A model generated the notes under the pieces. The model searched no databases. It saw nothing but the letters and a program-made list of their open reading frames with translations, and was not told the DNA's origin. Shown one piece after another: positions 13,231-27,617 of a stretch of 64,000 nucleotides of DNA. A program made the position numbers and the translations under genes. The DNA comes from Eledone cirrhosa (lineage: Eukaryota). The stretch lies in assembly GCA_964016885.1 (NCBI GenBank), contig OZ024743.1, forward strand, positions 88,908,001 through 88,972,000, written 5' to 3'. How positions within the stretch are numbered: the first letter of the stretch is position 1; each line of letters opens with the position of its first letter.

Positions 13231-14775
13231 TCTAAACTAAAGAGAAAGAAACTTGAGGTCATAGTAAGGTTGAAAACTTGGTTGTTCTAGTTCTATGACT
13301 TTCCAAACCAAAGAATGGGTTGTATTAATGGTGGAACCAAGTAGAGCAGAAGTCTCTAGTGAGGCAGATAGGTTGGTACAGATGATTCTAAAGTGGGGCC
13401 AATTCACAAAAATAGCAGAGGGTTTGTTTAGCTTTTATGCCATAACTAAAATTGAACTTGAAAGGGTTTTAGAGACAGTACTCAAGGAATTTATTATGTA
13501 AGGCCGTTTTGACAGATAATAGTTATAACATCAAACCCAAGTAAAAAGTCCCCAGCCAGGACCCTACTGTCACAGGTTAATAAGGAAATAGTAAAATCCT
13601 TTGACTCTAATTTTGGTCAATATAGACTGCAATCATAATACTTTAGTCTATTTTATCTCTCAATCTATCTATTGTATAGCTGTTTGACCATTATAGTCCA
13701 GTAAAATGGTTGACAAGTCAGTGAATTGGCAAAGAATGTCGGATCAAATCTTTTGTGGTATTTGTCCTGGCTCTCTGCATTCTGAGTTCAAATCCAGCCA
13801 ATGTCAACTTTTCTTTTCATCCATTTCAGGTTGATAACATAAAGTACCAGTCCAGTACTGAAGTCAATTCTTCCTTATCTCTGTTTCTTATTTCTTCTCT
13901 ATCACTCTCTCTCCTTTTCTGGAAGAAATCAGCTGTGTTCAGACCTAGAGAAGGGATGGGCTTTGTCAGGTTTAAAATGCCTATGACATGTATGTTACTA
14001 TGTCACTCCTATGGGTTCATCAGGAGTTATGGGTCCATACATACAAAGTGGTTGACATTAGGAAGGGCACTCAGCTGTAGAAACAATGGTTCCCTGACAT
14101 ATCTAGTATCAGACCGTGACAACCTGTCCAGCCCATGCCAACATGAAAAATGGATGTAAAATTTGGAGGAATTTAATAAAATAACTAAGTTCTTCATTAG
14201 TAAGCTGATATTTAGAATATTACTTTAGAAAAAATCCTAAAATAAAATTATAATGAAAGGTTTTAACATGAATAAACATTTTCAAATGAACAGTTTTATA
14301 TCTTAAAACCTGGACAGTTTCTGTCAGTTTGGTATCAAAAGAGCTAACCTCTGAAATCTAATTATCATCTCATTATATATTAATGAGACATTTGTCCAAG
14401 ATTGGAATTTAAATTTGAAAACCATAAAGAAGCTGGTTTAGGGTGAGTTGTAATTTAAATGTTTAAGTGTAATGGGACTAAATTTCTGATGAAGAGGTTT
14501 GGAATATTATACCAGATGAGGATGGAAGATGGAGAAATGGTCTAAGGAGCACTATAAAGGTTGCTATGTGTGTGTGTTGTGTTGTGTGTGTGTTGTGTTG
14601 TGTGTGTATGTGTGTGCGTGACAGGGTGGGGGGGGGGGGGTGGGGGGTCAGGAGTTGTAGGACAAAGAATTCCTAATAATGATATCTATAACTTTATACA
14701 CTCTACTTTCTTTAAGTATAGAGTTCTAAGTTGAATAATTGTCTTATTGGTTGTTACTTGTAACATCATATATAT

Positions 14776-14848
<73 letters not shown>

Positions 14849-15036
14849 TATGTATATATATATATATATACATACAAATATGTATATATGTATATATACA
14901 TATCATCATTTAATGATGATGATGATATATATATACATATATATATATGTATACATACATACAGACAGACAGACATATATCTATCCCACCCAAAACTGGT
15001 ACCATATTATGTGTATATATATGAATGTATGTATAA

Positions 15037-15148
<112 letters not shown>

Positions 15149-15359
15149 AATGAGCATTACCAGATGTATTACTGTGATAAAATATATATAGAAATAAATT
15201 AAAGAGATGACATGATAGTAGATATATAGTAACAGGTTTTATCTTCAACATCATTCTTGCTGAAACATAATCTTTATAGAAGATGCAAGCATGTAAAGAG
15301 ACAATATAAGGTTGATAAAGCATGTTATATAATAATTTAGTATAACTCATAGTGTGTGA

Positions 15360-15680
15360 AGGCACGTGGCTTTGTGGTTAGAGTGTTTGTTTTATGATCG
15401 TATGGCCGTGAGTTTGATTCCCGGTGGGACATTGTATCCTTGAAATAGACACTTTTTTATTTCATGTTGCTCCTGTCCATTCAGTTGGCAAAAATGAGTT
15501 GTATCTGTAATTCGAAGGGCCAGTCTTGTCACACACTGTGTGACACTGAATCTCCCTGAGAACTACATTAAGGGTACATATGTTTGTAGAATGCTCAGCA
15601 ACTTGCACATACATTTCTGTTCTGTTGTTTAAATAACTAGAACACTTGTCTTTGTGGGAAACTGACAGGGGTCCAAGCAT
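15360..15680 (+). mobile_element. tRNA-derived SINE, family B
   Basis: Homologous to 7100-7405. Confidence 0.7.
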
Positions 15681-16062
15681 AGTGAAATAATTCGGTTAGC
15701 TGTGTGTGTTACTATCATGAATGTAAAACTATATGAGCAGTTTCAATAAATAAACAGACTAGAATCATAAAAAAAACAAAGTTTATTATGAAAACAAACC
15801 ATAACCTACATATAGATTAAAATATTGATTAACATGCTCCAATATTGAAGCAGTGTTCATATATTCTATGACGCAGTGATATAACAAATTGGTGTGTGAA
15901 AAGAAGGTTATATAAGCAGCAGTGATAAGAGAGTTGTATTTATATTGCTTCTCCTCACACTTGTATTTATATTTCTAGATGTGTCATGAGAAAGAAGTTA
16001 TTGTCTTCTAATTAGTATTAATCAAACTTTGATTGAATATCAGCAATCTTGGTTATATTTAA

Positions 16063-16280
16063 CCCTTTAGCATTTACATTTCTCTATATTTACTATTATA
16101 TTTTCATGGTAAAGACTTTACTTCACATAATTATCTCACATAATATCGAATCTATGAGATTTTGATATTTATGTTGAGAATAATACTTTAACATCAGTAT
16201 GTGTGGCCGGTTACAGCTGGTTTGAACAGAAAGAGGTGAGAGAATTCTGGCCGGATACGGCTGGTTTAAATGCCAAAGGG
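16063..16280. mobile_element. piggyBac-type MITE, copy 2
   Basis: TTAA-ccctttagcattta...taaatgccaaaggg-TTAA. Confidence 0.8.
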
Positions 16281-17028
16281 TTAAGAAAGGATGGTCTTTA
16301 CCATTTTGCAGATCTCTGAATGAGAATACCTAAAATTGTTGATATTCTCAGACTATTTTACTGCTGTGATAAAAAGTTTGAAAGGCATGGAAGTCATACA
16401 AAAAAACAAAAGAAAGAAATCACTGAATGATAAGTATTTATGTTAGATTTTTGTTTGTTTCATTTTTCTTTTCCGTATATTCACTGTACATTAAATCTTC
16501 ACCTCATCCCAGCCCAGTTTATCATTTAATGGACAGATGTCTATCATTACTGTATAACAATCTATGTGACTCTTCATTGAAATCTGCACTTATTTATTGA
16601 CATTTCAGCTTGATGTAAACCTGTAATAAAATACTAGATGTTTTGTTTTTGTTAATGTTGTCAGCTTCTGTAGATTTAAATCAAAAATAAAAATAAAAAC
16701 ATCAAAATTATATTTAAAAAAATAACAATAATAAAATGTTATGACAATCATTTTGTGTGGTCATTTTTGTGTAAAATCTCCCTGCATGTTGTTTATGACT
16801 TGTGGTTATATTAAGATTGACAGAATTCTGCTGTCTTGAAATAGTTACCAAGTGCAGTATAGTGAAGCAGCAAGGGTGAGTGTTGGGTAGAGTGGAACGT
16901 CACCACCAAGTACACCTTCAACCTCTCTGGTGAGCTCAGTCTGACCCAGTTTCTAACAACTTCATTTAACTTCTGCCACAATGTCCTTGGGACAACCATG
17001 GATGTCAGATGAGAAGGTTGATACACCT

Positions 17029-17410
17029 TTCTTCTTCTTCTTCTTCTTCTTCTTCTTCTTCTTCTTCTTCTTCTTCTTCCTGAGAGGGTCATGGCAGCAA
17101 AGTCCTCAAACACTCCTTCCAGCAGGTCCTGTCAGAAGCAACTGTCTCCAACTGATCTGGCTAGACCCCACCAAGTAAGACCAGCCAAGCTCATGGATGT
17201 TATCCAACCATCTTGCTCAGGGTCTGCCCCTGCGTCTCCTGCTGGTTGGTTTTGCATGTAAAATTCTTTCCTGAGATATTTTAACCACATGCTCATGGCA
17301 TCAGATCTATGATCTCTCAATTTGGAGAAGTAGCAGCTCTACCTGGTGTGACTCTCTGATCTCTGAGCTACACACTCTATCGAGTAACGCTACTCTAAAG
17401 ACCTTTCACT
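17029..17410 (-). mobile_element. RTE-like LINE 3' fragment with (AAG)n tail
   Basis: Homologous to 5211-5530 and 1140-1255; (CTT)n on plus. Confidence 0.6.
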
Positions 17411-19436
17411 TGCAAATTGAGAATATCTATTGTTATGCTGTGAGACTTTATTAGGGGGCAAATTGACAGAGCCAGTAGAACATCAGATAGAATGATTTGT
17501 GGTCTCCGAGTTCAAATCCTACTGAAGTCAACTTTGCCTTTCATCATTTCAAGGTTGATAAATCAAGTACCAGTCCAGTACAAGGGTAATTCTTCCTCTA
17601 TAACTCTCTCTCTCTCCCTCTCTAGAAGAAATCAGCTGTGTTCAGACCTGGAGAGTGATGGGCTCTGCCAGGTTTAAAATGGCCAGGAAACACTGTATGT
17701 CACTATGGTGTCTCTACGATTTCATTGAGAGTTATGGGTCTATACATACACGAGACCTTACTACAGTTAAAGGAAAGCCTGGAGATGATTTATCAACAGT
17801 TACTAACAGTTATATGGAAAAAGCAAGACCATGCAAATCTCATGTAAGCTCTATTTCAAACTGCACACATTAGATATTTTAGTAATCTGTGCAAAATATA
17901 TGATTTATTTATAGGTTACTGGTACATAGACATATACATGTATATGTAGTATAATTATCATTTCCTGCTGGCATGGGTTGGATGGGACTTTTTGAGGCAA
18001 TGTATTACAACTGAATGCCCTTCCTGACACCAACCATTTTAGTCACTTTTTATAACATACAGATTAAAAGACCTAGATATATAAAAGGTAATTCCTTATT
18101 AAAAGGAAAGGAGATGGACAGATGATATTAAGGACTGGACAGGAAGGAGTTTGGCAGAATGTACAGCAATGGCAAAAGATAGGAAGAGAGCTGGTTCATA
18201 AATCCATGATCCCCAACCTCCAGATATGAGGATGGGATTAGGCTATAAGTTTTATCAAAATGTTCTCTTTTTGCCTCAAACTGAAGGAAGAAGGGTTCCT
18301 CACAATTATAGTCCCATATCAACTGGTTTACCATTCTTGCTCCTTTTGTTCAGTCTTGGGCATAAAAGAATCTTTAACCATCAACCTACCCCCACATGTA
18401 TTACATTGCGCTTCAGCAAACAATGGTTTCAAACTGTAAATACAGAAACAGCAATGCATGTAATGCTGAAGTGATTGGATATGAAACAAAGCTCATCTCT
18501 ATCAAACCTAAATGAATGATGGAATATATAAATATTACATGGCAGAAGAACAGCAACTTTGTCAAACTACATCTGGCACTTAAAATAATACAGCACTGAT
18601 TTTAATATTAAATGGAAGATACTAGAGAGAAGCAGACCTTATATTGGCAAACTGGCAGAATCATTAAAGAATCAGATAAAATGAATTGAAGCATTCATTT
18701 TGGTTCTCTATACTCCAAGTTCAAACTCCAGCTTAGTCAGCTTTGTCTCTCATCATTTCAAGGTCAATAAATAAATTAGTAGTCCAATATAGGAACCAAT
18801 TCTTTTCTTTCAAGTTCTCTCTAGTTTGTATCGATGTGACATTGTGTAACACTGATTCAGCCAGAGAATTAGATTAAGCCATTTACACATACATTTCACA
18901 AGTACGGATGCAGTTTGTTGAGAAACTGAATATATATTGTTGAAACTAACAGAAAATCCATCACCATATAAATGGTACAAATAGATACAATTCTTGAGAA
19001 ACAAAAAGATTGTCCTATTGAAAAACACGAAAAAAACTGTGAATTACCTAAATACATGATATGAATTTTTCGTGAAGTATTGCCACATTGAAAACTTCCT
19101 GCTTAAATTCTAGAAATTTACACTACTACCAGATTATCATACCAATATTTGAATTCTTGAATTACTATCTCTTATATGCATGTATATAACTATAATATCA
19201 CTATATATACAGTATATATATGTATAGTTGTATACATGGATATAGATATATATGCATGTACACATAGATAGACAGATAGATAGATACATACATACATGAT
19301 GGCTGCCCCCTTGTTATCCAGTATGGCCATTGCACGATAAAAGAAAAAAAAAACCATATATACATATGTATACACACACATACATATACACACATATATA
19401 TATACACATACATATATATATTAATAATTAACAGTA

Positions 19437-19730
19437 CTGCGATCAAATGTGGCTTTTTAGCCCAGCCAATGATCTAAAATGTCTTGTACAGAGTTGGCAA
19501 CCATGATAAAAACATTCATTGGCAATAGTCGGCTGTGGTTGGTCGTCATGTACCTTTGCATGTAGTTTGAGCCCTCCTGCTGATCTACACTCTTACCACA
19601 TGCTTTACAAGTATGATGAGTAGCATCTCCGACAGCAGCCTGGTAGTCAACCACTGGTTTCACTTTATGACTGCGATGATGACTTTTCAGACCAGCTTTG
19701 CTGAGGCAGAGTCTTGCACAAACACTGCAT
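19437..19730 (-). mobile_element. Decayed triple C2H2 zinc-finger segment, probably a LINE C-terminus
   Basis: CSVCARLCLSKAGLKSHHRSH; CKACGK...GGLKLHAKVH after a frameshift; CQLCTRHFRSLAGLKSH. Confidence 0.45.
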
Positions 19731-20474
19731 ACATACATACATACATACATACATACATACATACATTCTACGCAATATGTTCGTCCTATATTAAAGAGGA
19801 TTTAGCAATAAAATCAGTTGGAGATGGTTGCTTCTGACAGGACTTGCTGGAAGGAGTGTTTGAAGATTCTGCCCCCACGACCCTCTTAAGAATATGTGGG
19901 CAAAGAAGAAGAAAAGAAGGTAAGAAGCAGAACATTCTAGTAGAAATGGTTATGTAACATAAAATATATAAGAAATATATACATATTGTAACATGGATGG
20001 TGATAGGAAGGGCATCCAGCTATAGAAAGCTTGTGAAACAAAAGGTTGGGAGGATTCTTTAGTTATGTCAAGGACATAACACCGTCCCTAGTGCTGGTGA
20101 TCTACGCCATAAAATCACCCAGTACATGCTGTAAAATAATTGGTGTTAGGAAGGGCTTCAAGTCGTAGAAAGCATGCCAAACAAGGGGTTAGGAGGATCC
20201 TACAGTTTGGTCAAAAGACACAACTTCTCTTCTGCACTCGTTATAATAACCTATGTAAGCGGGATACAGACCTCCTTGGTCTGTCTGGGACGTCAGTGCC
20301 CCTGCTTCAATATTGACTTCGTCTTTGTAGACTTGTCAAACCCTTGCTAGCAGGGAGAGCGGACGTTAAATGATGATGATGAGGACGTTATTTGGTGCTT
20401 GAACGATGATATAAGGGAGATAACTAGGATGAATAAATCCAATATTTATTTAAGTGGGGAATGTAAAATAATAA

Positions 20475-21341
20475 TAATAATGAAATATTGTGTACAGTGC
20501 TCAGGTGCACTACAACTCATCAAAAAGTGTATATATAGTACATAGGGTAATGTACAAACGTCAGGAAAATGAACAGTGTATGAGTCATGATATACACATG
20601 TGTGCATGTGTATGGAAGGGGTACATCAGGTGTAGTTTTGGCGAATTTTGGGAAGCATGACAACTGACGCAGGCAGTTTGTTCCATGCTTCAGCAACTCT
20701 GAGCGTGAAAAAATGTTTCCGAAAGTCATGGGAGCTGTGCTGTTTTCTGATTTTGTAGGCATGTCCACGTGTGTTAGACACATGGAGATCAAAAAGGTGC
20801 TCAGGGTTGTTGTTGGCGAGATCGTTAATAACTTTGTGGGTGTTTACCAAGTCCATTGCCAGACGTCGGAGCTTCAATGAATCCATGCCCAGGGAAGCAA
20901 GGCGTTCAGAGTATGGTAGGTGTCTGATGGAGGGTATGCGCTTGGTTGCACGTCTCTGAACAGTTTCCAGGAGGTCAATGTTCTGAGCAAAATAGGGGTT
21001 CCAGACTGATGATGCGAATTCCAAGTGTGGTCGTACCATAGCTGTATACAGTTTTAAATAGATGGCTGGAGAGCGGCTAACAAAGGTCTTGCCGAGTGAT
21101 GCCAAGACACCCTTGGCCTTCTTGACAATCTTAGAGACATGCTTTGTCCAACGCAAATCGCTGCTGACAGTAATGCCCAGGTCACGTTCACAAGAGGACT
21201 TCTTGATATCAGTGTTGTGGAGGGAGTATGTGGACGCTGGATTTTTCCTCCCAAAATGCATGGTGGTACACTTGTCCACAGCCAGCTTCAGTTGCCAGTC
21301 TGTGATCCATTGCTGCATTGTGTCCAGGTCTGATTGTAGGA
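20475..21341 (-). mobile_element. CR1/L2-group LINE, 5'-truncated, RT C-terminus
   Basis: ERDLGITVSSDLRW, LYTAMVRPHLEFASSVWNPY, LETVQRRATKRIP, FFTLRVAEAWNKLP; (ATT)n tail; related pieces at 7620-7745, 21490-21855 and 23710-23900. Confidence 0.9.
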
Positions 21342-21489
21342 TATGTTAAATATATAATGTTAGATATAATTTAAGTAAAGGGAAATAATTTAATAGATTT
21401 ATGAAATGCACGATTTGATTATAAATAACAGCAGGAAACACATAATCACCCAGCCCAGTACAATCTGTAAAGTGGTTGATGATGTAATT

Positions 21490-21855
21490 ATGAAAATTAT
21501 TGTGTACAGTGCTCAGGTGCACTACAACTCATCAAATGTGCTTGTATAGTACATAGAATAATGTACAAAAGTCAGGAAAGTGAACAGAGTATGATTCATG
21601 ACCCCCCCACCCCCCCACGCACGCGCGTGCTTGTGTATGGCGGGTATTCGTTTGGTTTCACGTCTCTGAATAGTTTCCAGGAGATCAATATTCTGAACAA
21701 GATAGGGGTTCCAGACAGATGATGCAAATTCCAAATGTGGTCGCACCATAGCTATATAAAACTTTAAATAGATAGCTGGAGAGCGACTGACAAAGGTCTT
21801 GCTGAGTGATGCTAAGACACCCCCGGCCTTCATGATAATTTTAGAGATGTGCTTT
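21490..21855 (-). mobile_element. Internally deleted copy of the same CR1-like LINE
   Basis: ORF 21522-21833 nearly identical to part of 20626-21318. Confidence 0.85.
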
Positions 21856-23199
21856 GATGCTGATGATCATGATGTTGTTGCTGATGATGGTGGTAATGGC
21901 AATGATGATGATGATGAAGTGGATAATGGTGGTGATGGTAATGATGGTAATGATAATTGTTTCTACTTTTGGCACAAGGCCAGCAATTATTCCAGTGTAT
22001 TACTGGTACTTTATTTTATCGACCCCGTAAGGATGAAAGGCAAAGTTAACCTCGGCGGGATGATGTTGATGATGTTGATAATGACGATGGTAATGATGAT
22101 GATGATGATGATAATGATGATGAGGAGAAGGATGATGATGATGATAAGGAGGACGATGACGAAATACTAACTTACTGAAAAGAAGCTTCTCCTTGGCCCA
22201 CCTCTTCCTGAGAGGGTCATCGGGCACACTTTCCAGATGGTTCTATCAGAATCATGTCTTCAAATATATGAATCTTTAAGCAAAAAAAACAATCAAAATC
22301 AAGGGAGGCAACCTTAACAAATGAGTTCAAGGGAGACAACTAAATAATCTACAAGTAACTAACCGATCTAATAAATTACAAATTGTTGTTTACATGAATC
22401 GATAAGAATCTACAATTTGAATTCATATTTATTTCAAGGGTGAAATTTTTCTAAACCGCATAAAGAGAATTTATGTATTAATAATAATATATATACATAT
22501 ATACATAAATAACATTACAAATTACTCACAATTCTTTCAGAATAACATTACAAATATAATGTTGATAAACGCAAATATAAACGCATATAACAAATACAAT
22601 TAACCATTGGTATGAACTTCACGGATTATATTTGCAGCAAGAATAAGAGGTTGGCGTTGAATACTTAACTCTACACCTCCTCATGGGATCTATTTACAAC
22701 TATGTGGACAGGGTGATGCAGAGAACTCTATATCACATATCCACACAGTACCTATAAACAGCTACGAGTACAGGGTATAGTAGGCAACTCTACCTCCTCA
22801 TGGTACCAGTTAAGCTTTCTATAGTAAGATATTGATTCAAGATGGCAAATGTATCAGTTATCTTTTCTCTCCTCATTAGAACCTGGCTCAACTGATTAAA
22901 TTAAATATTATTATGATGTTAATAACAATCTCTTATTTTACCAGAATCACAGATCAGATATTGCAAAGCATCTCATCTGACTCTTTAACAATTTCACCTG
23001 TTCACAACTTCTAGACTTTATTTATCAACCCTGAAAGCATGAAAGGTTAAGCTGACCTCCCTAATAGATTTTTCATTTATTCAAATAGGTTATCATTAAG
23101 ATTTTTCAATGTAAAAGCTTCACTGCCTGCCAGGCTGGAGAGAGCAAACTGTCAATGTTTCCTCTACTAGTCCAAGCTTCACTGTTTGCCAGGTCGGAG

Positions 23200-23450
23200 A
23201 GGGCAAACTGTCAAAGTATTGGCCACTCTCTCTTAGGTTTGTGGTTGAGCCTGTAGCAGTGGAGACTTCCAGTGTTCTTGGCTCCTGGGATCTCATCTCT
23301 GCTCACTGCTATTGGAGTGGAGTTGGCTGCCGGCAAATGTGAACCCCATGAGGTGGAGCGACTGTTGCTGTGCATCTCCTGTGCTATCCTCTAGGGCAAT
23401 GTCTTCACCATTCTATGGACCAGGACCACGAGGCATACGACCTATTAGGG
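23200..23450 (+). mobile_element. CRE-like (REL endonuclease) non-LTR retrotransposon C-terminal remnant
   Basis: Manual translation FVVEPVAVETSSVLG...ERLLLCISCAIL*GN resembles the PxAVETxGxxG...QRLSxAIQRGN motif. Confidence 0.5.
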
Positions 23451-25042
23451 CAGAAGTAGGGTAGCAGCCTTCAGTAGAAAGGGTTGACCCCACTCGCCTC
23501 CACACACAAACACACTCTCAGAGTAACAACCAGTAAACATTTAGGATTGTCATTTAGGGGTCTGAAAAATTAATAAAAGCAGGTGGGAAGGCGATTATTT
23601 AAGATATGAGAGCAGTCAATTGAGTAGAGACAGGTAGTTGTTTTATTGAGGGCTGTTGGATAAAATACAAAGTTGGTCCCAGTATGATTTGAATTCAAAC
23701 AAAAAAATAATAATGATGAAATTATTGTGTACAGTGCTCAGATACACTACAACTCATCAAAGGTGCATGTATAATACATAGAATAATGTACATATGTCAG
23801 GAAAATGAACAGTGTGTGTGTCATGATATACATGTGTGCGTGTGTATGGAGGGGGGATATCAGGTATAGTGTTGGCGAATTTCAGGAAACACAAGACATT
23901 GTATGGGAAAGAACAAACATAGGGAGACAATGCAGAGAAAAGGGAGACCCTCTCTAATCTTGCTGAGGATGGGACAACCATCTAGTGCTGATAAAAGAAC
24001 AAACAGTGACCTGGTCCAAGAATTGAACTCATAACATTAATTGTAAAGTGAAAACCCTAACCTCTAGTCCACATGCTTTTGATATTATATTAAAACCAAC
24101 ACGCACACACACACATACACCCCCCCCCCCACACACATACACATACCAAGACCCCCCCCCCCCCCCCACACACACATGTCTAACTCCACACACACTCAGG
24201 GGTATATCCAGACAATTGTCTAGTTGGTATTACAATCTAAACTGGTTTATATTAAAATGTTCACTTAGTAATGAATCTTGTCAGAATTACTGAAGAATAA
24301 ATGTCAGATTAGAACTGGAGGTTGAGCGAGGTATCAGACATTTAAAGAAAGGATTGGTAGTTCATATTTCTAGATTTTAGTCTACGTTGAAAATTATAGG
24401 CATTCTTCAAGAGATCAGACCTCTTACACTTCAAGCATAAAATGGTAAGGTTGATAGACTAACCTAATCTAGAAATTAAACAGGCTGTAAGTAAATTTAT
24501 ATATGTAAAATGTGTGACTGAGCGACTGTGTGTGTATGGGGGGGGGGGGATATATATAGTAATTTGTGTGTGTGTATAAAGTATATATAGATGATGATGA
24601 TGATATACTTTATACACACACACAACATTACTTCAACACACATAAACAGTACACACATTCAAACTTACATTCACTCACACATACATGTCCACTACCCCTA
24701 ACACATGGATATACACATACACTCACTATCTTTGTTACTTTACACATTTTACCTTTCAATCACACACATTTAAACTCACACTCACACATACAACAATACT
24801 AATACACACACACTCCACTTTGCGTTCCTACTCGTTACCAAGACTACCTAATGGCTTTCTCCTTCATTTTCGTGTTTTCTTTTTGTGTCTTTACTGGACC
24901 TTCTCTCTGTTCCTCCATTGCAATCCTGTCTCTGTACTCCTGAAGAAGGGCTTAGGCCCAACATGGCAAACTTTCTTTCCTCTTTCCAATATAAAGCATG
25001 AAACTAATAAGACTTTTTGTACCTCTGTTTGTTGTCTCGTTC

Positions 25043-25128
<86 letters not shown>

Positions 25129-25163
25129 ACGTTAAACGAAGATGATGATGATGATGATGATGA

Positions 25164-25205
<42 letters not shown>

Positions 25206-25477
25206 TCATCATCATCATCATCTTCGTTTAACGTCCATATTCCACGCTAGCATGGGTTAGATGGATATATATATATATATACACATCATCATCATCACTG
25301 TTTTATGTTAATTTTTCCACGCTATCATGGCTTAGACGAGTTGTCCTGTTGTGTGTAATGCTAGGTCAGGTGACCGTGTCTTGCTCATACAGAACTGATT
25401 TTGGCTTGGTTTCTACAGCTGGATGCCCTTCCTAATGCCAACCTCATTTACAGTGAGTACTGGGTGATTTTCATATT

Positions 25478-25524
<47 letters not shown>

Positions 25525-25924
25525 ATGAGAAGAAAGAAGAATACTGCGTGGTTGCACATGGGTTACATATGATAAAATTAGTCCCTCGTCAGTGATTTGC
25601 CAACCATCATTGATATTTCACATATATATATATATATATAGGAAAACGTATGACCCCAACGGCAGAGCTCAAGCCGTTTCGACGGCTATTTCTGGACTAT
25701 ATACACACACAAATATATATATAGGGTATAAATCGAAGTTGTAGCTGTCATGTAGCAGGTACTATTTGAGCTGTTTGAGGCAATCACAAAGCAGTTAATA
25801 CATAATCATCCAGAGTAAACAACAGTTAAAAAGTGTGACACCAAGAAAAACGACCGAAGGCAGTGGCCATACATATACCACAACAACGATAAATACAATA
25901 AGATTGAATATATATCTGTATATA

Positions 25925-26630
25925 TACTAGCTAAACTACCCGTCCTTTGGACGGTTCAAGTAGCTTTAGATGTAGCTCATTAAACTAAACAAAGTAAATC
26001 TGAATACATAAAAGAAAAACGTACTTTATGTAAACATGAAAACCTTAGGCACCATTCCAGCGAAAAAATTAATATGTGAGCTCGCTGTCTTTTTGACAAC
26101 AGTAAAAGCGCATCATGAAATAGAGAAGTGAAGTGAATAATAGACACTATTATGTACAAAGCATAATATTGTAAAAGTTATGACATCACTTAATGTATGA
26201 ACATCAAGCTTGAAACGATAAATTATACAATGTCAAATCTATAACTTAACTTAGTAATCTGTTAGAAATTGCTGGTTGTGAAATATACAAAATAATATTG
26301 TTAGTCTCAACGAAGCGAACCTTTTGTTTCAAGTACAAAGAGTAAATTGAAATCCAAATGAGCCGAATTACGAAAGATAACTCTTGTCTTACTTAAAGAT
26401 AACTCTTGTCTTACTTAATCACGAAAATTCACACAAATAACCGAAACTTTTTTAATGTCTCCAAAGGCCCCAATTTCGATTTTTGAAAGCCTTTGAGATC
26501 ATGTACAGGTTCTGTGCAAGGAGAAGCTCTGTAAAAAATTTCAAAGAAATCGCATGAATGGTTTAGAATATATGAGCTCTCATTAAAAATTGTCCACACA
26601 CACACATACAGAAAACTTCGTCTTTATATA
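25925..26630 (+). mobile_element. Possible non-autonomous Helitron/Helentron-like (DINE-1/Lep1-type) element
   Basis: Starts actag...acccgtcc...ggacgg (hairpin); subterminal aaatttcaaagaaatcg...ggtttag; CA-rich end then ctttatatat. Confidence 0.4.
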
Positions 26631-26681
26631 TACATATATATCATCATGATCATCATCATCATCATTTCACATATATATATA

Positions 26682-26750
<69 letters not shown>

Positions 26751-26757
<7 letters not shown>

Positions 26758-27166
26758 ATGCTTTGGGAGGGTCATGTTGCCAATAAGAAACACATGCACC
26801 AGTTGCTTTCACTCAAATTTATTATAAATTAAATTTATAAATTTATAAATTTAAGAATTTATAAATTTCCGGCTGGTTGGTTGGTTCTATAACCGGACGG
26901 TTGTTCATATATTGTCAAAGTTCTTTCGCCACACATTCTGTGACCTCTTCAGTGGCTGGAGATTCTTTTCTTTGTTTTTGTGCCTCTCCTTTGTTCTGTC
27001 CTACGCCATCTTGATGGAAATTTATAAATTTAATTTATAATAAATTGGAGTGAAAGCAACTGGTGCGTGTGTTTCTTATTGGCAACATGACCCCCCCAAA
27101 GTATAACAATATCGGTTTCAACACACGTTTTCAGATAAAGAATCTTGCTAAACAAATTCAGAAACG

Positions 27167-27170
<4 letters not shown>
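26751..27170 (-). mobile_element. Short non-coding PLE pseudo-LTR element with inverted tail, inside (TA)n
   Basis: Inverted repeat 26751-26870 / 27016-27111; homologue at 33093-33317; contains an HHR. Confidence 0.65.
26914..26956 (-). ncRNA. Minimal type-I hammerhead ribozyme motif
   Basis: Minus strand: gcca CTGAAGAG GTCAC agaatgt GTGGC GAAAGAACTT tgac; one mismatch in stem I. Confidence 0.6.
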
Positions 27171-27256
<86 letters not shown>

Positions 27257-27430
27257 AAAGTTTTATTTAAGATTGTTGGGTTACAACGAGTAAATATTTA
27301 ATAACTGATATAAAAGCACTCGACAGTTTCTGGAGTAGGTTTACGATATTAAACAAATGGAAACTATATTTATTCCGGTGTTACCGGAGGTTTATATAGA
27401 GATGACATGCTTTTACTTATTGAAAATAAT

Positions 27431-27617
27431 TGTTTCTACTTTTGGCACAAGGCCAGCAATTACCCAGTGCATTACTGGTACTTTATTTTATCGACCCCGT
27501 AAGGATGAAAGGCAAAGTTAACCTCGGCGGGATTTGAACTCAGAATGGCAAGGGCCGTAACTCTATGCATCAAAGCATGGCATCCAACCCTCTACCGATA
27601 CTGCCAATTCACCGCCC
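27431..27617 (-). mobile_element. Family-A SINE inserted in PLE RT
   Basis: Perfect 11-bp TSD ttgaaaataat at 27420-27430 and 27618-27628. Confidence 0.9.

Noticed and set aside
24930-24985. CTGAAGAAGGG...CCC in a short repeat
   Set aside because: May be a dead HHR, but GAAA and stems I and III are absent, so not supportable
27545-27617. Novel N-terminus of the 192-aa ORF
   Set aside because: Antisense SINE sequence fused by chance to the PLE RT frame
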